Part shown: positions 26,790 through 40,022 of the stretch, piece by piece
Layout of the letters: every line of letters starts with the position of its first letter
Position numbering within the stretch: position 1 is the stretch's first letter
Origin: Octopus sinensis
Lineage: Eukaryota
Assembly (NCBI RefSeq): GCF_006345805.1
Contig: NC_043003.1
Coordinates: 25,916,001-25,980,000, forward strand
Length of the DNA: 64,000 nucleotides
Direction of reading: 5' to 3'
Made by a program: the position numbers and the translations under genes
The notes under the pieces: model-generated
What the model was told of the DNA's origin: nothing
Seen by the model: the letters and a program-made list of their open reading frames with translations, nothing else
Databases searched by the model: none

Positions 26790-29700
26790 CTCCTCCTCCT
26801 TGTTTGGATATCACGTACTGATTGCAAAACAGAACATTACCGTCAGACAAGCAGTGCTGTTCATTTGGAATTTTTCATTAAAACATGTCTGGCGATTGTG
26901 CTGTTCATGTCTGAAGGATTAGAGAAGATATTAAATATTACATTACTTGGGAACAGGTAAACATGGGAAACTAACAGAGCATTCAGCTTTGGAAAATCTG
27001 CTTCAGTGAATTTTGTTTGACTTTCTCTCGTCTCTTCGTGTGTCTCTTTCACATAATCACACATATGTGACAAACTTCTGTAGTTTCTGTCTGCCCAGTT
27101 CTACTCACGACACACACTTGCCTTACCCAACTATTTTGTGTCTTATAAAGGCCTATGGTAGGGTGGTTAGAGTGTTTGGTCTTTAAATTGTTAGGTCGTA
27201 GGTTCAATTCTCAAACTAGATAGTGCATTGTATCATTGTATTTCATATTGCTCCAGTTCACTCAGCTAAAAATGAGTACCAGTGGTAACTAAGAGTTAAC
27301 CATACAATGAACTAGCATCCTACATAGGGGAAAGTTATGCACTCTCAATCACTTAATGCTGCAGAAACTGGGTCAAAATCAAGTCTAACGAACCTATAGG
27401 CTTGGGACAGTCTTTAACTTACCCTTTTGTTATCATGTTTCTATTATTGAAATACACTGATTTTGTGTCAGTTAATTCTGAAAATGAAGAATTTAGTAAA
27501 ATAACTTTGTTAGTGTTTGGAACATAAATCAACATGAAATTTTGATGGATCATTTTAATTTAGATTATGTTAAAACCTGAAGAATGTATCATAGAGTCAG
27601 GAGCACTCTCGGGTGGGTTGGTATCAGAAAAGTTAATTTTATTGCTTCCAGACACTTATTATTGATGCTGTCACTAAGGCGTTGAGCTGGCAGAAATGTT
27701 AGCACACCGGACGAAATGCTTAGCAGTATTTCATCTGCCGTTACGTTCTGAGTTCAAATTCCGTCGAGGTCGACTTTGCCTTTCATCCTTTCGGGGTCAA
27801 TAAATTAAGTACCAGTTATTCACTGGGGTTGATGCCGGGCGAAATGCTTAGCGGTATTTTGTCTACTGGGGTCGATGTAATCGACTTAATACCTATGTCT
27901 GTCCTTGTTTGTCCCCTCTGTGTTTAGCCCCTTGTGGGTAATAAAGAAATAAGTATTTTGTCTGCTGTTACATTCTGAGTTCAAATTCCGTCGAGGTCAA
28001 CTTTGCCTTTCATCCTTTCAAGGTCAATAAATTAAGTACCAGTTACGCACTGGGGTTGATGTAATCGACTTAAACCGTTTGTCTGTCCTTGTTTGTCCCC
28101 TCTATGTTTAGCCCCTTGTGGGTAGTAAAGAAATAAGAATTGTTAGCACATTACTTGGTGGTATTCTGTCCATCTTTACATTTTGGGCTCAAATCCTTCC
28201 AGGGTCGACTTTGCCTTTCATCCTTTCAGGGTCGATAAAATAAGTACCAGTTGAGTACTGGGGTTGACGTAATTGACTAGCCCCTCCCCTCGAATTTCAG
28301 GCCTTGTGCCTATAGTAGAAAGGATTATTGATGTCACTGGTATTATTTGTATTTCTTAAGGCGGGCAAGCTGGCAGAAGTGTTAGCACACTGGATGAAAC
28401 GTTTAGCTGCATTTCTTTTGGCTTTATGTTCCAAGTTCAAATTCCACCAAGTTGACATAGCCTTTAATTTTTTCATAGTTGAAAAAAAAAAAAATAAACA
28501 TCAGTCAAGCACTGGGATTGATGTAATCAACTTAACTCTTTCCCCTAAAATTGCTGGCCTTGTGCCAAAATTTGAAACTATTATTTGCATTTCCGTTCTT
28601 CTGTTTTAACAGAGCCATGCAGTTGAGGGTACAGCGAGTCGTCCAGCACATTGTATTTCGCATCTTCACACTGATATTGATCCTCACTGATTTTATACTT
28701 GTCATCGTTGACTTGTCCATCTACGAATGTGATACAAATAACGGGCTAGAAATAACGTCACATATCATCATTACATATTTCATGCTTGAAGTTGGTGCAC
28801 GGATATTCTATAAAGGGTTTGTATATGATGTTTTTTTTTTTTACCTCATCAAATTTAGATAACTGCTTTGTCTTTTACTTGTTTCAGTCTTTGGACTGTA
28901 GCCATGGTGTGGCATCACATTGAAGAATTTTTTGTCAAATGAGTGGTTGTTTTTTTTTCCACAGCCACAACTTTAAGTGATACAAATAAGAAGCTAAGAT
29001 AGCCTTTTAATATATATATATATAAGTATGAGAGGTATTGGTATCCAGAAGACCCAAGGTGGCAGGTAACACTATGTAAGTGCTATGAAAGGACCATAGT
29101 TAGGCTCTTGGTTTGATAATGAAACGGGGGAGGAGTCTAATGTGGGTCTTGTATGAGCGCGTATATCTCTTTTATCTCTTTTACTTGTTTCAGTCATTTG
29201 ACTGCGGCCATGCTGGAGCACCACCTTTAGTCGAGCAAATCAACCCCAGGACTTATTCTTTGTAAGCTTAGTACTTATTCTATCAGCTTCTTTTGCCGAA
29301 CTGCTAAGTTATGGGGATATTAACACACCAGCATCGGTTGTCAAGCAATGTGGGGGGGGGACAAGCACAAACACACAAATATATACACACATACATATAT
29401 ATGTATATGTATATATATATATCTGATGGGCTTCTTTCAGTTTCCATCTACCAAATCCACTCACAAGGCTTTGGTTGGCCTGAGGCTATAGTAGAAGAAA
29501 CTTGCCCAAGTTGCCACACAATGGGAATGAACCTGGAACCATGTGGTTGGTAAGAAGCTACTTACCACATAGCCATTCCTAAATAAAATGAGCCAATAAG
29601 GGCTGTGTGGAATTTTCAGGATATTTATTAAGAGAAAAATAATCTTACAGCTGTTTCTGGGATATTAGGGATGTCCCTTCATCAGAAAAAATGTGGGATG

Positions 29701-30947
29701 GTTAAACTCTAATATTTTCCTCTATTTAAGCTTCTCACATCGTCTCTGATGAAGGGATATCCCTAATATCCCAGAAACAGCTGTGAGACTATCTTTCTCT
29801 TTACAAATGTCTTGAAAATTCCACACAGCCTTAGCTTTGTTGTCTCATTTTATTTAACACACATACACACACACACACATAGATCCAAACAGTTTGATTC
29901 AAACTCCTTTGTACTATTATATCATATAAGATAGAAATGTTTCTGTCTCTGTTGCCATTGAAATAGTTGTTTCTTGTAAAGTTCCACCCTTGTGGCAAAT
30001 AATAAAAGACAGCACATCATCATCATCATAATGATTAAAGTTCTTGTTTTTCTCTCTTTCTTTCTATTTTTGCACTTTTTCCATGAAGGCGAAGATTTTT
30101 CTATAACTGGATAGATATCGTGGACATGGTGGTGGTTGTTGCATCCTTCTTCACCGATATGATATTTGCCAGTATTTATGGAATAAACTCCTGTGGAAAA
30201 ATTATGAAGAAAGACCACCACAGTTACGTCAAGTATGTAATGCACACACACACACACACATACCCCACTCGCACACACTGTCAGTAGTTCATGTATCCGA
30301 AAAAGAAACACACTCTGAAACATTAGAGCAGTAGTATATTCAGAAGGTTGTTTGTTATGGTCAGTCATATAGTGACCGTTGGTTTTACACCTACAAAGTG
30401 CTTAGGTCTATAGGCAACTCATCAGACTCAAAACAAGTCACCCATACAGATTAAATGCTTTATAGATGCGAAACCAATGGTCACTCTCTGACCAGCCATG
30501 ACAAACCACCTTCTAAATATATACATACATACATATACATATACATATATATATATAATTCTTTTTATTCTTTTACTTATTTCAGTCATTTTGACTGTAG
30601 CCATGCTGGAGCACTGCCTTTAGTCAAACAAATTGACACCAGGACTTATTCTTTGTATGCCTAGTACTTATTCTATCAGCTTCTTTTGCCGAACCACTAA
30701 GTTACAGTGGATGTAAACACACTAACATTGGTTGTCAAGCGATGGTGGGGGTACAAACACAGACGCACAAACATATACATATATATATGATGGGCTTCTT
30801 TCAGTTTTCATCTACCAAATCCACTCACAAGGTTTTGGTTGGCCCGAGGCTATAGTAGAAGACACTTGCCCAAGGTGCCATGCAGTGGGACTGAACCCGG
30901 AACCATGTGGTTGGGGAGCAAGCTTCTTACCATACAGCCACTCCTGC

Positions 30948-30990
<43 letters not shown>

Positions 30991-31212
30991 TTAAGTCTAT
31001 GTCCCATCATAGAGTGACCAATGGTTTTGCATCCACAAAGGCCTTAACCTTGTCAGACTCTTAAAGCTGAAGACAAGTCTTCAAGTTTAGAGTCTGATGA
31101 GACTCTGTAGATGTGAAACCATTGGTTACTACCAGACATAGACTTAACTCCTTGTGAATACATTACTGCCCTATGTTTTAGAGTGCGTTTCTTTTTCGGA
31201 TATATGATACAT

Positions 31213-31281
<69 letters not shown>

Positions 31282-34200
31282 CCACCCTCCCTCATAATTT
31301 TTATGTCCACTTTTCTATGCTTGCACCTAATTATTCTTTAATCATTTCCTCTCTAACATTTTCTGTTGCCAGACTTCTTGTTGCTGGACGTGTTGTGAGA
31401 ATTTTCCGTATTTTGAGGATTCTTTACTTCATGTATATTCAGCATCGACATTTGACATCTGCCTCTCGTAAAATAGTCTCACAAAACAAACGCCGTTACC
31501 AGAGAGATGGTTTTGATTTGGATCTTTGTTACATCACAGGTAATGCTGATTAAATTTAAATCTTTACCACAACACAGTTAAACCTAATTAAATTTACATT
31601 CTACATTATAGATAAGGCAAATTAAAGTTAGGCCTTTGCTACAACACAGGTAAAACTAATTAAATTACACTCTATATGACAGGTAAAGCTGATTAAATTT
31701 AGGTCTTTGTTCCTTTATAGGTATTTACAACAATCAAATAATTTGTAGTTTTTTTTTTTTTTACTTGTTTAAATTATTTAAAAGTCTGTAAGGTTCTTTG
31801 AAAATTAATCAGCTCTCTTTTGATTTATTGGGCATTTTAGAATTTAAAATGCCATTAAATTTAACTGAGATCTTCTGAATTTACAGAGGTCATTTTAAGT
31901 TTTGGGGCCTCTTAAAACTGTTTTCGGCCCTTAGATTTAATGGATCTCTCTTTTTTATCTTATGTTTTGAATTAGCAAAATCATAGGTGCTCCCAAAACA
32001 TATTGGCCCAGGGACCCCACTAGGTCTATGTCTGGCTCTGAGTTCCAGGTCATGGTGTTAGAATATGTGACATATCAAGCCTACCACCCAAGAACAGGCA
32101 CAATTCATTCAACAGGCTGTATAATTTAACATAACATGACAATCAATGAAGACAGAGAGCTTCCTACAAGGTGAATTTTATTTATTTATGCACCCTTTTC
32201 AAGCCTAGCCAGGCTCATGGGCCTGGTTTTCTGGTTTCTGTGGCGTATGTGTTCCCCCCAGCTGGACGGAATGCCAGTCCATCGCAGTAAGAAAAGGGTC
32301 CAAGGCTGAAACATGTCAAATGCTCGTGGGTGCAAATGAATCAAGTGTCATCTAATAAGGAAATAATATAATTATATTAGAATACATTAGAACAATCAAA
32401 TATAGCAAAGGTAGTAGAAAATAGAGAGAGAAAGGGCCTGAGAAGTGAAGTCATATACTGCATTATTATAACCCTATGTAATAGGCCTGAAAATAGGGAC
32501 AGAGATGAGGTCATACACTGTGTTATTATTGCCTAACATTATAGGTTTGAGTCAGTTATGGAGGGTGCTTAAAGCTGCAAATTATGGCTGCTAAGTGATT
32601 TTCACCATTTGGCTGATGCCAGCGCCACCTTGACTGGCGTTCGTGCCGGTGGCATGTAAAAAGCGCCAACTGATCATGGATGTTGCCAGCCTCCTCTGGC
32701 CCCTGTGCCGGTGACACATAAAAAGCATCCACTACACTCACGGAGTGGTTGGCATTAGGAAGGGCATCCAGCTGTAGAAACACTGCCAGATCAGACTGGA
32801 GCCTGGTGCAGCCTCCTGGCTTCCCAGACCCCGATCGAACTGTCCAACCTATGCTAGCATGGAAAATGGACATTAAACGATGATGATGAATTTGAGGGGC
32901 AGAACAGCTGTAAAATACAGTAAATGTAACATTGTTGATATAGAACCTAGGGGAAGGGTAGTGGGTTGTTGTTAGAAACTAGGGACTGTATATTTACATA
33001 ACTGGTTTAAAGTATGCAAATACACGATGAAGTGTAAATTGTATGATACCATGAATTTGACACTGTAATAAGTTTTATTATAATAGATTACACAATGATG
33101 ATGTAATCTGATACAATCCGCCTTTCAATAATGCAAAAGCTACCAATATCTATTATAAACTGTTCCATATATTAGAAAAGAAATTTCCCTTCTAATTGGT
33201 ACAACCATATATTCTCCAGAAGAAGAATTAGTTTCATACTCTAACCCTCCCTAATCTAGGTACTATAACGGTGGGTTTAAATAACTGGAGATTTACACTA
33301 GCTCGTAATATTAGACTAATAGTGGAACATGGAAATGCGATGGACTAGCAAAAATACTACTACTTCAAATAGTCACACTTATAGCACCAGTGGTAGAAAT
33401 GAGGTTAGATGTAATACTAGTAGTGGAAAGTAGACTGTTTCGACCTACAAGCTACAACAAAATAGTGTTACCATGCTCAAGCACACATACGAATGAGGAT
33501 CATGGTTTAAATACAGCTGATTTGACCATTGGCCTTCCTATGCCTGACCTTATACTACCAACAGATGCAATGCCAGACAGTAAAAGCACTCTAATATAGG
33601 TTACGAAACATACAAATGTTGCTTATTTTGAAAGAGTGAATCATGAGAATAATATAGGACGTGATTCACTAACAGATATTACTACCACCCTTGATCTGAA
33701 TGAGACTTATGTACACCATGATTTGTTGCTATGTAATAACCTTGGTATCAATCCTCTGAATTATTTAGTGTCTCCTAATTTGCCCTCTAACTGCAATAAT
33801 GGCTGTAGTAATTTTAGGAATAACATTTCCTATAATAGTAATCATAACAGGGTAGTTGATGACCTTGGCATAGGTAGTAATAATAATGGCATGAGGAAGG
33901 GAAAAAACAACAACAATAACATCATCATCTTCATCATCATCATCGTTTAATGCTGACATGGGCTGGATGGTTTGACTGAGGACTGGCAAGTCAGGAGGTG
34001 ACACCAGGCGCCAATCTGATCTGGCAAGGTTTCTACAGCTGGATGCCCTTTCTAATGGTGTAGTTTTATGTACTGTGAAAGTCTCAGCTATGTATATGAG
34101 TGCGCAATTAAGTGGAAGTAGATGCGTATGTGGACATGCTTATGAGAGTGTATTGATATGATTAAATGTATGTGTATGTATATATGCATTTAGATATATA

Positions 34201-35659
34201 CACATAGATATATGTATATGTGATTATTATTGTCTGCATAAGTATGGATACATGCATGTGTATATATGGGCATAAGTAGAGTTATTTATTTATATGTCTG
34301 TGTGGGTGTCTTCTTCACAAATGTATGTATGTGTGTGTGTGTGTGTAGTAATCTGGTTTCTCCCACACTACTTTTCCCTTTTATTACTCTTGTGTCTAAA
34401 GACCCTTTACTAGGTCAAACGAGATCATGCACTATCTTCCCTGCTCTCTCTTAGCTTCAGTCTTTCTCCCTCCACCTCCCTATACTTCTCCCTCCTCCTA
34501 CCTATACTTCTCCCTCCCCTCCATTTCCCTCCCTAATCCCGACCCTTTAATGAGTTGCTCTTTATAAACTTTATGCTACCTAAACTATTTGCTCTCTAAC
34601 CGAATTTGAGTCGGTAGATTTAAACGACACTACGTACTTGTTCTAAATGTCTAATTCTTACTTGTATTTACTTGATGATTAGGGGTCTTTTTTGCATGAT
34701 GTAACACTTCTGCTCATCAATAAAAAAACACACCCGAAACAGCTGTAGTAAACTACAATCCATCTGTTGTTATTTGTTTATCCTTCATGTCACTCAGAAC
34801 CTGCAATTTGTTTGAATCTAAAGTCTATAGACAGCAGTGCAATAGGTGCAGTGAGTTCGCCCATGTGTGACTTTGATGATTCATTGTGTATTCAGTCAGC
34901 TGTTTGTGAATGCCTGCATGACTAAAGTACAAATTCATGTTTACTTTAGTAAGTATGTATTTGTCCTTAAATATTGTTTCTACATGATAATGCTATCACA
35001 GACCTGACCTTGTTGCATTCACAATTTAAATACCTGAGTTTCTTGAATCCTGGGAATTCTATATATATTGCATTGGTTCCTGATAAACTCTTGTTTATCC
35101 TGTTGCTATCTGCACTCAACATGCATGGTGTACCTACACACTAATACCCAGGGATAATACAGGTAACGGATACCGATAGTATATACGGATATTTTATCTA
35201 CTATTACTATAACTGCTAACTCTGTTTACATATATACAAATAAAGAGATGTGTGTATTTTTCCTTTGTTAACAATTAACATGGAAAAAATAAATAGTTAC
35301 CAGGGTAGCAAAAAAAATCTCACAAGTAAAAAGGGTGTAACTACTTGTTTTTAAAGGTACAAACCCCGGGTTTACATGAAATGTTTTGTATAATATATAT
35401 AAATAAATAAATGGAGTTAAACATCTCTTGAATAACACGTGCGTTTAACTCCGTTTATATATATATATTCTTTTACTTGTTTGTTGTTTGACTGTGGCCA
35501 TGCCAGAGCATTGCCTTTAGTCAAACAAATCGATCTCAGGGCTTATTCTTTTTAAGTCTAGTACTTACTCTATCAGCCTCTTTTGCTGAACTGCTAAGTT
35601 ACGCGAGCATAAACACACTAACATTGGCTGTCAAGTGATGGTGGGGGAACAGACACACG

Positions 35660-35691
<32 letters not shown>

Positions 35692-35825
35692 CACACACAA
35701 CGGGCTTCTTTCAGTTTCCGTCTACCAAATCTGCTCACAAGGCTTTGGTTCACCTGAGGCTATAGTAGGAAACAATTGCCCAAGGTGCCATGCAGTGGGA
35801 CTGAACCTAGAACCATGTGGTATAC

Positions 35826-35874
<49 letters not shown>

Positions 35875-36335
35875 CATCATCATCATCGTTTAACGTCCGT
35901 TCTCCATGTTAGCATGGGTTGGACGGTTCGACTGGGGATCTGGGAAGCCAGAAGGCTGCACCAGGCTCCGGTCTTATCTGGCAACGTTTCTACAGCTGGT
36001 TGCCCTTCCTAACGCCAACCACTCCGTGAGTGTAGTGGGTGCTTTTTACGTGCCACCTGCACTGGTGCCAGGCGAGGCTGGCATCGGCCACGGTCGGATT
36101 ATATATATATATATATATAGTCAAATTGAACAATAAAAATAACAAAACAATAACAGGACATACATAATGGAATGTATTAGCTTGATGCTCAGTAAAGGGG
36201 GGAAAAAATAGTGGGGTTATTTACATTTCAAGCATGGCTTTTTGTCAGAAAGAGGAGAAAAGTCCTGAGAAGGAAAAAAAATTCAAGAAAATTACGTGTG
36301 TGGCTACATGGCTGAAGTGACTCTCTCTCACACTT

Positions 36336-36366
<31 letters not shown>

Positions 36367-38476
36367 AACATGTATGTATGCAGGTATGTATGTATAAAGA
36401 AAGGTTAGAGATTGGGGTAATGGTCCTTTGAAAACATCAAAGGACAGTGTTGGATGTATTGCCAAGAGATGTGATGTTTATGTCAAGGGAATATGGTGGG
36501 ATGGAGTGAGGCAAGATGGGGATTGTTTAAGCTTTTTTTAGTGTCTTAAATATATGTTTGTGATCTTATTTAGTTTCTCCAGTGTTACCATTTTTACCAT
36601 GAATAATTGAATATTTTGGTTTGTGTTTGGATTTGTTGAAGTCCTAGATATTGTGGAAGTATACGTATATATATTGCTGTTTGATTTTTAGCCCCAGGTT
36701 AGTAGATTGATGATTAAAGGCATTCCATTCATTATCATCCCATATTTTTGTCTGTGTAGGACTACATTTTCTGGTGTGCTCTTCTATTTTTATACCAGTA
36801 ACTTATGATTTGAGGGAAGTTGTTGGCTATTTGTAGCAGGATGGGTGACCATGTAGAGAGTCTTCTATTAGTTCTATGTGTGTGTATATGTTGTCTGTTC
36901 TTGTGAATTTCAATTATTTTTTCTCTTTTATCTGTTACCATCTGAGAAGCAAGATATCTATGTCTGCTCTCATCTACATAGGCACTTAAAACATTTAGTG
37001 AAGGCATGGTACATATTGCCAAGTCGTACTTACTTATGAGAGATGGCAATGCTGTTTGATTGGCAGGTTTGATCTGTGAGAAGAAAAAAAAATTGTTGGT
37101 ATTGTATGCATAAAACTAACAGAAAGAAAAATATTTGATAGAAATTATATATATATATATATATGCTGGCAGAAACATTACCATGCCAGACAAAATGCTT
37201 AGCAACATTTCTTCCAACTTTACATTCTGAGTTCAAATGCCACCAACGTTGATAAAACAAGTACCGGTTGAGCACTTCTTCTTCTTAATCCTTTTTGCCC
37301 CTTGTGGAGCATAGGGCCTCAACAGTTGTTTTCCACTTTTTGCGGTCATTGGTGTGTTTCTTGGCTGCTTCCCATGTCAGGCCAGTGGTCCTGAGCTAAT
37401 CCAAAGTGTTCCGTTTCCATGTCTGCTTCAGGCGTCTTCGATTCCTTTTCCCCTGTGGGTTCCAGTCAAGTGCTTGTCATGTCACATTTGAGGGTTCTTT
37501 CCGCAGTGTGTGTCCGATTCATCTCCATTTCCTTTGTCTGATACTTATTTTATGAAGCCCAAAAGAATGAAAGGCAAAGATGACTTCAGCAGAATTTGAA
37601 CCCAGAATGTAAAGACAAACAAACTACTGTTAAGCATTTTGCCCAGCATACTAATTCAGCCAGCTCACCACCTTACTAATGATAATAATAGTAATGATGA
37701 TGAGTGCTATTAGGAAACACAGATGTAAAACAAAAAGAACACAATAAAAAAGTGAATAATTTTAATTATTACTAATTTGTTAATTATTTTTTTTATTTAG
37801 AGCGAGTTATCGCCATGTCATTCCCTTCCACTGGTTTAATGGCATTCTATCGAAACCCTATACATGTAAGTGCTTTTATTTCAACCATAACTCTAGTACT
37901 GAATTTTTAAATGTACAACATCTGTTATTGATAATTCTCGATGCTTCAGATGTGATGTTCTTATTGGAAGATAGCAACAATATATTATAATATAGAATTA
38001 ATGATATTTGAAAGTGTGTATGTATATATATATATATATGTGATGTTTATAATATTACCATGAGAACTCAAAATGAAAGCAAAAGTGTGTGTTTGAAGCA
38101 GCTGTTTTCATATGTGTTATTCACAAAGGCTTTTAAATGAAAGAACAAAAGGTTAAGTGTTTCCTTCAAGCTTTTATTTCATATTTCAAAAAGTATTCAG
38201 ACAGTGAATGTTCAAAAGATAACCAGGTTCAGTTTATCAGCTGATGACTGGAAACGGGCAAGTCCAATTTCTGGAAATTGGAGCCTTTCAGTTATAATGT
38301 GTGTTTGTGTGTGTCCGAGTTTGTATGGTTTTGTGTAGAAGAATATATTAGTCAATGAAATTCCAACTTTGTCTGTTTTATTTACAATTTTTACAATTTT
38401 ACAACAAACTAGTACTTTTATGTATTACGCAATCATCAGGTTTATGCAGTGACAATTGTGTTCCACAATTGACAAC

Positions 38477-38534
<58 letters not shown>

Positions 38535-40022
38535 TACACATATATTTATTATCATCATTTAATGTCCAATTTCCATGCTTGCATGAATCGAAAGGAGTTT
38601 GTTGAAGCAGGTTTTCCATGCCTGGATACCCTTCCTGTTACCAGCCCACACCTGTTTCCATGGCCAGACATGTTTTTTATTTTAGTAGTTTTGACTAGTT
38701 TGGCATTTATGTGTAATAATGCCCTCTATAAAATAAAAATGAATACATTTAAAGGAAAAAAAAAATTGATGGATTTTTTTTCTCTTATGAGGTTTTTCAC
38801 GCTAACTACTTGATAAATTTTTATAAAGATTTTATCCTATTTTAAAATTATAATATATATATATATATATTATATATATATATATATACATCATATAATT
38901 AAGGGCTAAAGAGGGTTATTCTAAAGCCAAATACACTGTTTTATCCACTTATAATCCGCTTGTTACAGGAAAATTGAAACTGAAAACGGGCAACTAACCT
39001 TTAGAAAATTTAAATTTCGTTATCTCTATATTGAATCAATTTCGGACTTAATCTTATAAAAAGATATATTCCTTCTTCAGTAGAACTTTCGATGGGGATA
39101 TAAATAAAATACTCACGTATGATCATGGAAAAAGAATTTTTATTTTTAGATATAAGTGATGTACTCAAGTGTTTATGTTTTTAGCTTGCGCTTTTTCCAT
39201 GATCATACGTGAGTAGTATTTTATTTATATCCCATCGAAAGTTCTACTGAAGAAGGAATATATCTTTTTATAAGATTAAGTCCGAAATTGATTCAATATA
39301 GAGATAACGAAATTTAAATTTTCTAAAGGTTAGTTGCCCGTTTTCAGTTTCAATTTTCCTGTAACAAGCGGATTATAAGTGGATAAAACAGTGTATTTGG
39401 CTTTAGAATAACCCTCTTTAGCCCTTAATTATATGATGTATATTGCAACCGTAACGGTTTTTTTAAATATACTGCCCACGCTTCCTGATGAATTCCTTGC
39501 TGTAGAGTAAGGGACTTCATCCTATATTGCTTAGTAGTAAACTCGATGCTTGCTACAGGAGGACTGGTAACCATTACAATTGTAGCGGCGAAAGGTCTGG
39601 ACGTTGTTTTCTGAGGCTGACCAAAGAATTTTTATTTTTAGATATAAGTGATGTACTCAAGTGTAGTTATGTTTTTAGCTTGCGCTTTTTCCATGATCAT
39701 ACGTGAGTATTTTATTTATATCCCATCGAAAGTTCTACTGAAGAAGGAATATATCTTTTTATAAGATTAAGTCCGAAATTGATTCAATATAGAGATAACG
39801 AAATTTAAATTTTCTAAAGGTTAGTTGCCCGTTTTCAGTTTCAATTTTCCTGTAACAAGCGGATTATAAGTGGATAAAACAGTGTATTTGGCTTTAGAAT
39901 AACCCTCTTTAGCCCTTAATTATATGATGTATATTGCAACCGTAACGGTTTTTTAAAAATATACTGCCCACGCTTCCTGATGAATTCCTTTGCTGTAGAG
40001 TAAGGGACTTCATCCTATATTG

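Noticed and set aside
26861-27073. Minus-strand 70-aa ORF or extra VSP exon in intron 1
   Set aside because: No recognisable motif. Exons 1 and 2 already join in frame.
28821-28826. Alternative exon 2 donor gtatat
   Set aside because: It gives phase 0, which is incompatible with the phase 2 acceptor at 30089.
28613-31440. Call as Hv1 or a voltage-gated channel
   Set aside because: No pore domain or coiled coil. S4 continues in frame into the phosphatase.
36480-37049. Possible Penelope/GIY-YIG remnant or antisense exon
   Set aside because: The resemblance is too weak to support by eye.
38241-38265. CTGATGA-ctg-GAAAC as a hammerhead
   Set aside because: There is no room for helix II and no helix I pairing.
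39484-39522. CTGATGA followed by a stem
   Set aside because: No GAAA follows. It is a simple GATGAA/TTCATC hairpin.
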